A DNA stretch of 64,000 nt from an uncultured Eubacteriales bacterium (lineage in GTDB: Bacteria > Bacillota > Clostridia > Oscillospirales > Acutalibacteraceae), in the NCBI GenBank assembly GCA_964419515.1, contig CAYQPJ010000008.1, positions 33 through 64,032 of the forward strand, read 5' to 3'. The stretch's first letter is position 1. Every line of letters starts with the position of its first letter. The translations under genes were made by a program, and so were the position numbers. The notes beneath the pieces are model-generated. The model was not told the origin of the DNA. It made no database searches and worked only from the letters and a program-made list of their open reading frames with translations. Below are positions 55,436-64,000 of the stretch, piece after piece.

Positions 55436-56572
55436 ATGAATTTAAAATTCAAAAACGGCAAATTTACGGTTTTGCAGGTGAGTGACCCACAGGATTTGCA
55501 ATTTGTAAGGCCCACCATGACAAGAATGCTTGAAAAGGCATACGACAGAGTGCAACCGGACCTTGTTGTTTTAACAGGCGACAATATTTTGGGAAATCAC
55601 CTTCGCGATGCGCGTTTCGGAAGTAAAATCGTAATTAAAACCAAGGCAGAGGAAAACAAAGCCATGCGCAAGGCTATAGATAATGTCATAGCCCCGATAG
55701 AAAAGCGTTCTGTTCCCTTTGCCATGATATACGGTAATCACGACGACCGCAACGAGCACACAAAAGAGGAGCAGGCGGCTATTTACAGGGAATATCCCGG
55801 TTGTGTGGGGCTTTTTGATGAGACTGCGCCCGATTGCGATACATATAATATTCCGATTTATTCCGAAAACGGTGAAAAAGTACTCTTTAACCTTTATATG
55901 ACAGATTCCGCATGGTACGATAAAGAGCAAGATAAGTGCTTTGAGAGGGTTAAGCCCGAGGCTGTTGAGTGGTATAAAAGAAAAAGTGCCGAGCTAAAGG
56001 CGCAAAACGGCGGGAAGCCGGTTCCTTCTATTCTTTTTCAGCATATTCCGCTTAAAGAGGAGCTTCTTTTTTTGGAGGAGTGTCAAAAGGACGAGGTCGG
56101 AGCCGTTCCGGGAGACAGAGCACATGAGGGAAAATTTTACCGTCTTAAAAGCGGCGTGAAGGGTGAAATTTACGAGTACCCTTCAACCGTTGAAAGTGAC
56201 GGTGGGCTTTTTGAAGCCGCAAAGGAGTGCGGTGACGTAAAAGCGTTTGTTTTCGGTCACGACCATCCCAATTGCTTTGAGGCGGAAACAGACGGAATTA
56301 AAATTATTCAAACCTCCTGTGCCTCGTTTAGGTGTTACGGCGCGAGAAATCGCGGAGTTCGCGTTTTTACGATTTATGAAAACGGCGAGTTTGAAACGGA
56401 ATTTTTGACATATGCCGAGCTTTGCGGCACGGGAATAGGTGCAGAGCTTGCGTACATTTGGGATGCCGACGGAATGTTTAAGCAAAAAGCGGCTTTAATA
56501 GCTGCAACCGCGAGTGCGGCAGGCTTATTTGCAGCAGGTACCGCATTTTTAATACACCGTAGGCGCAAATAA
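55436..56572 (+). CDS. Calcineurin-like metallophosphoesterase with a C-terminal TM anchor
   Basis: VSDPQD, TGDNILG, GNHD and FGHDH motifs. C-terminal AALIAATASAAGLFAAGTAFLIHRRRK. Confidence 0.8.
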   Translation: MNLKFKNGKFTVLQVSDPQDLQFVRPTMTRMLEKAYDRVQPDLVVLTGDNILGNHLRDARFGSKIVIKTKAEENKAMRKAIDNVIAPIEKRSVPFAMIYGNHDDRNEHTKEEQAAIYREYPGCVGLFDETAPDCDTYNIPIYSENGEKVLFNLYMTDSAWYDKEQDKCFERVKPEAVEWYKRKSAELKAQNGGKPVPSILFQHIPLKEELLFLEECQKDEVGAVPGDRAHEGKFYRLKSGVKGEIYEYPSTVESDGGLFEAAKECGDVKAFVFGHDHPNCFEAETDGIKIIQTSCASFRCYGARNRGVRVFTIYENGEFETEFLTYAELCGTGIGAELAYIWDADGMFKQKAALIAATASAAGLFAAGTAFLIHRRRK

Positions 56573-56620
56573 CGGTTTTTTAATGTTTTTTGCAAAGAGC
56601 GACGGTATAAAATAATATTA

Positions 56621-56665
56621 AACGGGTTGTTACAGGAAAATATGCCTGTAATAGCCCGTTTTTTA
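56621..56665 (+). terminator. Intrinsic terminator after the phosphoesterase gene
   Basis: AACGGGTTGTTACAGG / CCTGTAATAGCCCGTT forms a 16-bp stem (two G-U pairs), running into TTTTTT. Confidence 0.75.
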
Positions 56666-56809
56666 TGGCGAGGCAGTGCCAAAAAAATAATTGTATTTTT
56701 GTTTATCATTGTTATTGATTTTATGGTGCGTTATATGTTATTATAAGCTTAGGTATTTATGTCGGCATATAAGAACCGAAATTTACGGGTTTTATTATAA
56801 GGAGGTTTT

Positions 56810-57469
56810 ATGTCGAACGAAGCAAAGCCTTTTAAAAAGACGTTTTATAATCTTCCCGAGGAAAAGCGCGAGCGAATTCTTCGCGTAATTACCGAAGAAT
56901 TTGCAAATAACGGCTTTCAAAATACGTCTGTTTCGCAAATTGCGAAAAAATCCGGCATTAGCGTCGGCTCGGTTTACAAGTATTTTGAAAATAAGCAGGA
57001 AATGTTTTCTCTTGTTGTCAAGGACGGGCTTGACGAGCTTAAGAGTGTTTTGGAGTCGCTTGCCGATTCCGATGTTGATATAGCTCTTAAGGCGGAGGAA
57101 ATTATAAGAACGCTTATTTCTTTTTCGAGAGCGCGCCCCGAGCTTATTAAGCTTTACTGTGCGCTTACCTCGGACGGCGGCTCGGAACAGCTTGCCGAAT
57201 TTTCACAGGCTATAGAGGCGCTTTCCTCCGAGGTTTATATTAAAGAAATAGAGCGTGCCCAAAGTACGGGCGATGTGAGAAGTGATGTTGACCCGCGGTT
57301 TTTCGCTTTTTTACTTGACAGTGTTTTTATGATGCTTCAATTTTCAACCGCGTGCGAGTATTATAAAAAGCGTTTTTCAATATATATGGGCAAGCCCGAG
57401 GCAGAGTGTGACGAGCTTATTGTTTCTCAAACAATGAAGTTTTTGAAAGCTGCCTTTAATTTTAAATGA
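56810..57469 (+). CDS. TetR/AcrR family transcriptional regulator
   Basis: N-terminal HTH FANNGFQNTSVSQIAKKSGISVGSVYKYFENK. Confidence 0.9.
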   Translation: MSNEAKPFKKTFYNLPEEKRERILRVITEEFANNGFQNTSVSQIAKKSGISVGSVYKYFENKQEMFSLVVKDGLDELKSVLESLADSDVDIALKAEEIIRTLISFSRARPELIKLYCALTSDGGSEQLAEFSQAIEALSSEVYIKEIERAQSTGDVRSDVDPRFFAFLLDSVFMMLQFSTACEYYKKRFSIYMGKPEAECDELIVSQTMKFLKAAFNFK

Positions 57470-57491
57470 AATTTTGTAAAGGGGAATTTTT

Positions 57492-58595
57492 ATGAAGAAG
57501 TATATAAGCCTTTTACTTGCTGTTGCAATTTTGTTTTGTGCGTTTTCCGTAACCGCTTTTGCGGGAGAAGAGGAGCAAGTAGCAACAAAGGAACTGCTTT
57601 CCGAATTTGAAGTTTACGATTCGGATTGCGACGGCGTTCCCGCAACAACCGCCGATGCTCGCGAAACGCTTGAAATAGCTCTCGGCATTAAGGCGAAAAG
57701 CGAGGGCAAGGAATACGATGTTGACGGTAACGGTAGTGTTGACTCTAAGGATGCGCTTGAAATATTGCGCGCTTCGCTTGGCGTTAAAAATATTCTTTCG
57801 AATGTTTCTACTGCGGATGCTCTTTCGTATCTTTGCGCGGAGCTTAACCTGGTAAAGACCGCATATCCCGGCTTTTTCCGTACAAAAACGGAGCAGTGCA
57901 GCTCAATGTTGGTAACCTCCTCGGGCTGGCCGATTCTTTTCACCGGTGGCTTTAATGTTGAGAATATGGAATACGTTGAATACTTAAAGCTCATGAGGGA
58001 TTTTTTGGCGGAGTACAATAAAGACGGTTCTGCCGATCAAACAATAAAGGATCTTGATAAGGCTATAGAGAATGCCGAAAATATGTACGAGCCTGTGATT
58101 AATAAAAGAAACGTTACGGCGGGCAGTACTGTGAACCATCACAACCAATTCCCCGTATATACTTATAAATGGGCTTGTAAGCTCACAGTCGACGATGTTA
58201 AAAATGTAAGCATTTCATACGCAAACGGTGTAATTACAATAACGGTTAATATGAATAATTATACCTATAAGAGTGACGAATACCCATATAAGTCAAATCA
58301 AAAATCTGCTCGCGCGGAGCTTCCTTACGGCAAGGTTTTCGCAAAGCTTCCGACGTTTTCCTCGTCGTCAAGCTCGTTTGCCGGCTTAAGGCTTAAGGAC
58401 GGTACCGTTACCGTAAAAATTGATGCCGCAACGGGTATGCCCACCTTTGCAGATTATTATTACGCATATGAGCTTGATGCTTATTCCGAGAAAAAAGAGA
58501 ATCTCGGCTTGTTGGGTAGCCCAACAATTAAAACCACAATAACAGAAAAGGCAAGCTATGCCGAAAATTACGAAATATACGCACTTGCGGAATAA
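57492..58595 (+). CDS. Secreted protein with an N-terminal dockerin-like (double EF-hand) module; the remainder is uncharacterised
   Basis: Signal peptide, then DSDCDGVPATTADARETLEIALG and DVDGNGSVDSKDALEILRASLG. Confidence 0.6.
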   Translation: MKKYISLLLAVAILFCAFSVTAFAGEEEQVATKELLSEFEVYDSDCDGVPATTADARETLEIALGIKAKSEGKEYDVDGNGSVDSKDALEILRASLGVKNILSNVSTADALSYLCAELNLVKTAYPGFFRTKTEQCSSMLVTSSGWPILFTGGFNVENMEYVEYLKLMRDFLAEYNKDGSADQTIKDLDKAIENAENMYEPVINKRNVTAGSTVNHHNQFPVYTYKWACKLTVDDVKNVSISYANGVITITVNMNNYTYKSDEYPYKSNQKSARAELPYGKVFAKLPTFSSSSSSFAGLRLKDGTVTVKIDAATGMPTFADYYYAYELDAYSEKKENLGLLGSPTIKTTITEKASYAENYEIYALAE

Positions 58596-58612
58596 ATCGG
58601 GAGGAATAAAAA

Positions 58613-59107
58613 ATGTCTAAAGTAAAATTTACAATGGAAAACGGCGGTGAGTTCGTAATAGAGCTTTACCCCGAGTACGCGCCGATTACGGCGGCAAATT
58701 TTGAAAAGCTTGCAAAAAGCGGCTTTTATGACGGACTTACCTTTCACCGCGTTATAGACGGCTTTATGGCTCAGGGCGGAGACCCCGAGGGCACCGGCTG
58801 CGGCGGAAGCGATGAAAACATTAAGGGCGAGTTTATTCAAAACGGCGTTAATAACACGCTCTCTCACACAAGAGGCGTTGTTTCTATGGCACGCAGTGCA
58901 AGCCCCAACTCCGCAAGCAGTCAGTTTTTTATTTGCTATGACGATTGCACCTTTTTAGACGGTCAATATGCCGCCTTCGGCAAGGTTGTAAGCGGAATGG
59001 AAACTGTGGACGGCTTCCTTAAAACACCTCGAAAAATGAGCTTCGGCGGCGAGCGTTCAACACCCGTTACACCCATAGTAATTAAACAGGCAACTGTTAT
59101 TGAATAA
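58613..59107 (+). CDS. Cyclophilin-type peptidyl-prolyl cis-trans isomerase
   Basis: FHRVIDGFMAQGGDP, SMAR and SQFFI motifs. Confidence 0.95.
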   Translation: MSKVKFTMENGGEFVIELYPEYAPITAANFEKLAKSGFYDGLTFHRVIDGFMAQGGDPEGTGCGGSDENIKGEFIQNGVNNTLSHTRGVVSMARSASPNSASSQFFICYDDCTFLDGQYAAFGKVVSGMETVDGFLKTPRKMSFGGERSTPVTPIVIKQATVIE

Positions 59108-59123
59108 AAAGGAGTATTTTTAA

Positions 59124-60698
59124 ATGAAGCTTCAAAACCTTCTTCACAAAGTGTACGGCACAACGCCCGGCAAGGGGCTTCAGCCTAAAGAGGCTCTTGC
59201 TTACGGTATTGCCGGCTTCGGTCAAAACTTTATTTGCACCATAATCGGCTCGTATCTTACAATATTTTTAACCGATGCGCTTCTTTTCGGTGCGGATGAT
59301 GTTACAATAGGCTCTGTTACGGGCGCTATAGCCGTTGCGTACCTTATGCTCGGCACAAGAGTTTTCGATGCGTTAAACGACCCCATAATGGGCAGTATTG
59401 TTGACAAAACAAGAACAAAATGGGGCAAGTGCCGCCCGTATCTTCGCTGGATGGCAATTCCCATAGCCGTTATGACAATTGCTTGCTTCTTGCCTGTTTT
59501 CGAGGCTAAGGCTACAAGCTCGTTTATAATCGTAGGCATTATATATGTTATTTGGTCGGTTGTTTATACCGTTGCCGATGTTCCTTATTGGGGACTTTCC
59601 ACCTGTATGACAAACGACACCGTTGTAAGAGGCAATCTTCTTACAGTTACAAGACTTCTTTGCACCTTGGGCGCCGGCATTGTTACCGTTTTTGTACCGA
59701 TTATTACGGGTGCCGTTACCGCAAAGTATAAATACACAGCCGACGACCTTGACAGAATAGCCGTTGACAAGGCATCGCAGGTTGCCGCTCTTATGGAAAA
59801 GCAGGGTCTTTCGGAGGAAAGTGCCATAAATACCTTTGTTGGCACCGTTATAAACGGTCAGGAGCTTGCAAATGCAAATACCTTAAAGTGGACATATTTC
59901 ATTTGTGCGCTTGTGCTCGTTGTTTCCGCAGTTCCCATGCTTTATTACGGCTTTAAAAATACAAAGGAGCGCTTCACCGCCGAGGATAATCCTCCTTCAT
60001 TCGGTCATAATTTAGGTCTCCTTTTCAAAAACAAGGAGCTTCTTCTTATAGTTCTTTCCGGCGTTCTCGGTGGCGCAAGAATGGTTTACACTTACACCGG
60101 CGGCCTTTATTTTGCAAAATACGTTCTTCAAAATGAGGGACTTTACAGTCTTATTACGCTTCTGGTTGTTCCCGGCGGATTAGTGGCTTCTCTTCTTGTT
60201 CCGTGGATGTCTAAAAAATTCACCAAAAAGTGGTCATATATTGTTGTTCACCTTTTCGGCGGCGTTGTTATGGCGGTAATGTATTTTGTCGGCTACGATG
60301 CACCGTGGAAGCTTATTGTAGCGGCTGTGGGACTTGTTCTTCTTGGAATTCCGCAGGGCGTAAACAATATTATAACTTATGCTATGATAGGTGATACCGT
60401 TGACTATCTTGAGTGGAAAACGGGCGAGCGCGGCGAGGGCATTTGCTTTGCAATGCAAACGCTTATTAATAAAATCGGTATGGCTGTCGGCGCGTTTATC
60501 GGCGTTGTTTCCTTCTCTGCTGCAGGCATTAACTCCGAAACGGGCGTTATTGAAAGCCCCGAAACCTTGTGGAATATGCTTGTTCTTTCTGGCGTAATAA
60601 GTATGTTTGCGTGCGCCGTTCCCATGTTCTTCTACACAATTACAGAGAAAAAGCAGATGCAAATGGTAGCGGAGATTGAAAAGAGAAAATCAAAATAA
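59124..60698 (+). CDS. GPH/MFS-family glycoside or oligosaccharide:cation symporter
   Basis: About 12 TM segments. AYGIAGFGQNF and DALNDPIMGSIVDKT resemble the GPH signature also seen in 44748-46109. Confidence 0.8.
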   Translation: MKLQNLLHKVYGTTPGKGLQPKEALAYGIAGFGQNFICTIIGSYLTIFLTDALLFGADDVTIGSVTGAIAVAYLMLGTRVFDALNDPIMGSIVDKTRTKWGKCRPYLRWMAIPIAVMTIACFLPVFEAKATSSFIIVGIIYVIWSVVYTVADVPYWGLSTCMTNDTVVRGNLLTVTRLLCTLGAGIVTVFVPIITGAVTAKYKYTADDLDRIAVDKASQVAALMEKQGLSEESAINTFVGTVINGQELANANTLKWTYFICALVLVVSAVPMLYYGFKNTKERFTAEDNPPSFGHNLGLLFKNKELLLIVLSGVLGGARMVYTYTGGLYFAKYVLQNEGLYSLITLLVVPGGLVASLLVPWMSKKFTKKWSYIVVHLFGGVVMAVMYFVGYDAPWKLIVAAVGLVLLGIPQGVNNIITYAMIGDTVDYLEWKTGERGEGICFAMQTLINKIGMAVGAFIGVVSFSAAGINSETGVIESPETLWNMLVLSGVISMFACAVPMFFYTITEKKQMQMVAEIEKRKSK

Positions 60699-60763
60699 AC
60701 CGAAACAATTAATATAAAACGGCAGGGCACAAAAGGCCTTGCCGTTAACGGAGTTGATATATT

Positions 60764-62023
60764 ATGAATACAGAAATTTTTGAAAAATACGAATCCGAGG
60801 TGCGTTCATATTGCAGAAGCTTTCCGGCTGTTTTCACAAGGGCCAAGGATTCCGTGATTTACGCTGAGGACGGTAAGGAATATATAGACTTTTTCTGCGG
60901 TGCCGGCGCGCTTAACTACGGTCACAATAACGAATATATTAAAAAACGTGTTATAGAGTATCTTGAAAGCGACGGAATTATTCATTCGCTCGATATGTTT
61001 ACCTCGGCAAAGCGCGATTTTATAGACTTTTTTGAAAAGAACGTGCTTATTCCGAGAGGACTCAATTATAAAATTCAGTTCCCGGGCCCCACGGGCACAA
61101 ACGCCGTAGAGGCTGCTTTAAAGCTTGCCAGAAAGGTTAAAAAAAGAAATAATATTTTCGCGTTTATGGGCGCGTTTCACGGTATGACCTTAGGCTCGCT
61201 TTCGCTTACAACCGACCGCGATTCAAGAGCGGGCGCCGGTGTTGAGCTTGAAAACGTTACTCATATTCCCACGCCGTATATGTTCCCGGAGCTTGATGTT
61301 ATTAAATATATGCAAACTCTTCTTGATGATGATCATTCCGGTGTTAAAAAGCCCGCCGCAGTTTTTATTGAAACCGTTCAGGCGGACGGCGGAATTCACG
61401 TTTTCTCCGTTGACTTTTTACAGCAACTTCGCAAGTTCTGCACCGATAACGACATTCTTCTCGTTTGTGACGATATTCAGGCAGGCAGTGCGAGAACAGG
61501 CACATATTTCTCGTTTGAAAGAGCAAATATCGTTCCCGATATTGTAACCGTTTCAAAGTCAATCGGCGGCTACGGAATGCCCTTTGCGCTTACTCTTTTC
61601 AAGCCGGAGCTTGACGTTTGGTCACCCGGTGAGCATAACGGAACCTTCAGGGGCAGTCAGCTTTCGATTGTTGCCGCAAAGGCAGGCCTTGAAGTTATGC
61701 TCGACGAAAAGGTTGAAGAGGGCGTAAGAGAAAAAAGTAAAATAATTAAGGAATATCTCGATAAGGTTGCTGCTCTTAATGAGAATATTGAGATTCGCGG
61801 AATCGGCTTTATGTGGGGTGTAGACTGTAATAAGGTTAAGCCCGACGTTGTTTCAAAGGGCATTGTAAGGGAGTGCTTTGACAACGGACTTATTGTTGAG
61901 CGCGCCGGCAGAAATAATGATGTTGTAAAATTAATGCCGAGCCTTCTTACAGATGAAGAAACGCTCAAAAAAGGCATGGAAATACTCCTTGCCGCGGCAA
62001 CAAAGGTGCTTGGAGCAGAGTGA
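60764..62023 (+). CDS. Diaminobutyrate--2-oxoglutarate transaminase-type (EctB/Dat-like) class-III PLP aminotransferase
   Basis: FEKYESEVRSYCRSFPAVF..GKEYIDFFCGAGALNYGHNN N-terminus, DDIQAGSARTG, and the PLP-lysine region VTVSKSIGG. Confidence 0.8.
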   Translation: MNTEIFEKYESEVRSYCRSFPAVFTRAKDSVIYAEDGKEYIDFFCGAGALNYGHNNEYIKKRVIEYLESDGIIHSLDMFTSAKRDFIDFFEKNVLIPRGLNYKIQFPGPTGTNAVEAALKLARKVKKRNNIFAFMGAFHGMTLGSLSLTTDRDSRAGAGVELENVTHIPTPYMFPELDVIKYMQTLLDDDHSGVKKPAAVFIETVQADGGIHVFSVDFLQQLRKFCTDNDILLVCDDIQAGSARTGTYFSFERANIVPDIVTVSKSIGGYGMPFALTLFKPELDVWSPGEHNGTFRGSQLSIVAAKAGLEVMLDEKVEEGVREKSKIIKEYLDKVAALNENIEIRGIGFMWGVDCNKVKPDVVSKGIVRECFDNGLIVERAGRNNDVVKLMPSLLTDEETLKKGMEILLAAATKVLGAE

Positions 62024-62041
62024 ACGGTGCGCACGGCGCGC

Positions 62042-62087
62042 AAATGCAAAACAATGCGCGACATTTGTCGCGCATTGTTTTGCATTT
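62042..62087. repeat. Perfect 22-bp palindrome directly after the aminotransferase stop codon; shares modules with the repeat at 31-61
   Basis: aaatgcaaaacaatgcgcgaca-tt-tgtcgcgcattgttttgcattt. The core caatgcgcgacatttgtcgcgca is identical to 30-52, and gcgcaaatgcaaaa is identical to 48-61. Confidence 0.85.
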
Positions 62088-62169
62088 AGGTAAATTGTCG
62101 TACCTCGCACTCTGTTAAAGATTTATTAAAAAAAGTTGAAATTTAATCCAAAAAAATCGTCAAGTTCTA

Positions 62170-62198
62170 TTGACAGAGGTTGAAAGGCGCGATATAAT
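62170..62198 (+). promoter_or_regulatory. Perfect-consensus sigma-70 promoter of the HprK-like / radical SAM operon
   Basis: TTGACA (62170-62175), 17-nt spacer, TATAAT (62193-62198). Confidence 0.7.
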
Positions 62199-62238
62199 AC
62201 ATTATGACAGATAGTATTTTGGGGTGAGCTGTACCCTG

Positions 62239-63096
62239 ATGAAGGAACAATTTTCAATTTGCAACAAACTGATTACCGTAACTCATCCGTACGCGTTAAA
62301 GCGCGGCGGTTATTGGGAGCCGTTCAAGGTGTGTTCAAGTGGGCTTTCCGATGTTTCGGTAGAGTGTCGCGAGTGCGCTCGTTTGCCCGAGCAGCGCGGC
62401 AGGGTTCTCGGTGAAACCGCCGAGTATTCCGTAAGCGTTCAAGGCGACGCGGTTTACAAAAAAACCTATCTCGGCACGGCAGAAAGCGCGCTTTGCGTTT
62501 ACCCGTCCGCCGGTTGCTCGGCAGAGGTAAGTCTTTTACCCGAGAGTGCCGCTGTTGCCCTGGGGGATGGCTTTTTGTGGAGCACGTTGTCGCTCACACA
62601 GCTGTTGTTTAAAGAGAGTGTTTTACTTCTTCACGCCTCATACGTCTCGTTTCAAAATAAGGCTATCCTGTTTTCCGCTCCGTCGGGTACGGGTAAAAGC
62701 ACTCAAGCCTCTCTTTGGGAAAAGGCCTTGGGCGCAACCGTAATAAACGGCGACAAAGCCGCGCTTTCGTTTGAAGGCGGCAAGGTGCTCGCGCATTCTG
62801 TCCCGTTTTGCGGTACCAGCGGAATATGTAAAAATGAGAGCTACCCGTTAGGCGCGCTTGTAATGTTAAAGCGCGGCGAGCGTAACAGCGTAAAAAGGCT
62901 CGGCGGTGCGTCGGCGGTTGCGCAAATAATCGCCAATGTGTATCTTGACTTTTTCGCCCCGGGCGAGCAGGAAAGGTGCGTAGACCTTTTAATAGAGCTT
63001 TTGGGAGCTGTTCCCGTGTTTGAGCTTTCGTGTACACCCGATGAGGGCGCGGCAAGGTGCCTTCTCGAATCTCTTGAGCAGAGTGGGGTTTTTTGA
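62239..63096 (+). CDS. HPr-kinase-related P-loop protein (HprK C-terminal-domain-like), not the bona fide HprK
   Basis: LLLHASYVSFQNKAILFSAPSGTGKSTQASLWEKALGATVINGDKAAL parallels [44 protein letters not shown] of the true hprK at 26005-26967. The alternative GTG start is at 62224. Confidence 0.65.
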   Translation: MKEQFSICNKLITVTHPYALKRGGYWEPFKVCSSGLSDVSVECRECARLPEQRGRVLGETAEYSVSVQGDAVYKKTYLGTAESALCVYPSAGCSAEVSLLPESAAVALGDGFLWSTLSLTQLLFKESVLLLHASYVSFQNKAILFSAPSGTGKSTQASLWEKALGATVINGDKAALSFEGGKVLAHSVPFCGTSGICKNESYPLGALVMLKRGERNSVKRLGGASAVAQIIANVYLDFFAPGEQERCVDLLIELLGAVPVFELSCTPDEGAARCLLESLEQSGVF

Positions 63097-63097
63097 T

Positions 63098-64000
63098 GTG
63101 GTAAGCTACGAGAAGTTTATAAATTCGCTTTTTAAAAAAGCGGAGCTCAGCGGAGTACCGCTTTCCGGCTCGTTTGAGCTAACCTCCCGGTGCAACCTCA
63201 ATTGCAAAATGTGCTATATACATTCATCGGCACAAAGTGCAGAGGCTGTAAAGTGTGAAAAAACCGCGGAGTGGTGGCTTTCGGTTGCGAAAGAGGCGCA
63301 GCAAAAGGGAATGCTTTTGGCGCTTATAACGGGCGGCGAGCCTCTGTTGAGGGCGGATTTTGAAGAGCTCTATTTGGGGCTTAAGGCAATGGGGCTTCTT
63401 GTAAGCGTGAATACAAACGGCACATTGATAGATGAAAAAAAGGTTGAGCTTTTTAAAAAGTATCCGCCGCAGCGGTTGAATATTTCTCTTTACGGCACAA
63501 GCCCGAAGACGTATGAAGGGCTTTGCGGAGACGGCGAGGCGTACGTTAAGGTGATGTCCGCGTTAAAAATGCTTAAAGAGGCGGGCGTTCCGGTAAAGCT
63601 TAATTTTACCGTAACACCGTACAATGCTTGCGACACAAGTGAGGTTTTAAAGCTTTCAAGGGAGCTGGAGCTTCCGGTTCAACCGACGTTTCATATGTTT
63701 CCGCCGGTGCGGTGTGAAAAGTGTGAGTCTGTAAGGCTGGCGCCCGAGGCGGCAGCGCGCGCGCAATACGAGTGGCACCGCGAAAGGCTTGGGGAGAAGA
63801 TTCTTAAGGCAAGCTACAGTAAGCTTGATTTCAGCGCATTTACCGAGCGCAGTGTTGAGTGCGGCGAAAAAATAGGGTGCAGGGCAGGCTCTGCAACCTT
63901 TTGGATAACCTGGGAGGGTGTTTTAACCCCGTGTGGAATGATGAATTCTCCTGCGGTAATCTTAAATTCCCCGTCGGAGCTTTCCGAGGCGTGGGAAACA
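63098..64000 (+). CDS. Radical SAM/SPASM-domain enzyme (partial; continues past the window end)
   Basis: Open frame with no stop to position 64000; it is not in the ORF track. FELTSRCNLNCKMCY (CX3CX2C), ITGGEPLL, and SPASM onset GCRAGSATFWITWEGVLTPCG. The start (GTG 63098, GTG 63083 or TTG 63074) abuts the upstream stop. Confidence 0.8.
   Translation, partial: MVSYEKFINSLFKKAELSGVPLSGSFELTSRCNLNCKMCYIHSSAQSAEAVKCEKTAEWWLSVAKEAQQKGMLLALITGGEPLLRADFEELYLGLKAMGLLVSVNTNGTLIDEKKVELFKKYPPQRLNISLYGTSPKTYEGLCGDGEAYVKVMSALKMLKEAGVPVKLNFTVTPYNACDTSEVLKLSRELELPVQPTFHMFPPVRCEKCESVRLAPEAAARAQYEWHRERLGEKILKASYSKLDFSAFTERSVECGEKIGCRAGSATFWITWEGVLTPCGMMNSPAVILNSPSELSEAWET

Noticed and set aside
62205-62228. 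Mini-ORF MTDSILG between the promoter and the HprK-like gene, considered as a candidate precursor peptide
   Set aside because: It is only 7 codons long, has no RBS and contains no Cys/Ser/Thr-rich core, so it is implausible as a radical SAM/SPASM substrate.
1-64000. Defence islands, prophage, integrative elements, and tRNA/rRNA genes
   Set aside because: No integrase, recombinase, capsid or terminase, restriction-modification, toxin-antitoxin or cas-like motifs were seen, and no cloverleaf-like or rRNA-like segments. The only mobile-element traces are the two pseudogene remnants.

Overview
This window looks like ordinary chromosome from a Gram-positive anaerobe, probably Clostridia and possibly Oscillospiraceae/Ruminococcaceae-like. 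That inference rests on the whiA-murB-hprK string, the SCIFF peptide and maturase, a glgBCDA operon that includes glgD, pth-mfd synteny and a dockerin-like protein. Most of the 64 kb is tightly packed housekeeping or carbohydrate genes: ABC exporters, a nucleoside catabolism operon (deoD-deoB-cdd-pdp), an M16 peptidase, glycogen genes, GH38/GH2 glycosidases with GPH transporters, mgtE, and a DABA-type aminotransferase. I found no rRNA, tRNA, CRISPR array, intact mobile element or recognisable defence system. Two gene remnants are present: the tail of an IS-type transposase next to an N-terminally truncated glmU, and a decayed DUF4143 ATPase. The observations most worth a second look are listed here. 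(1) At the right edge, a consensus-promoter operon encodes an HPr-kinase-like P-loop protein and a radical SAM/SPASM enzyme, cut by the window end; it is a candidate peptide-modification system. (2) A leader of about 300 nt with an intrinsic terminator precedes mgtE, and I could not match it to the M-box. (3) An atypical thioredoxin (CSAC) sits next to a 66-aa ferredoxin-thioredoxin-reductase-like protein. (4) The unannotated SCIFF peptide gene has a perfect promoter and is followed by a chain of overlapping downstream genes. (5) An orphan radical SAM enzyme carries a second CX3CX2C motif at its extreme C-terminus. (6) A family of perfect palindromic repeats occurs at both ends of the window. 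All functional calls come from reading motifs by eye; no searches were run.
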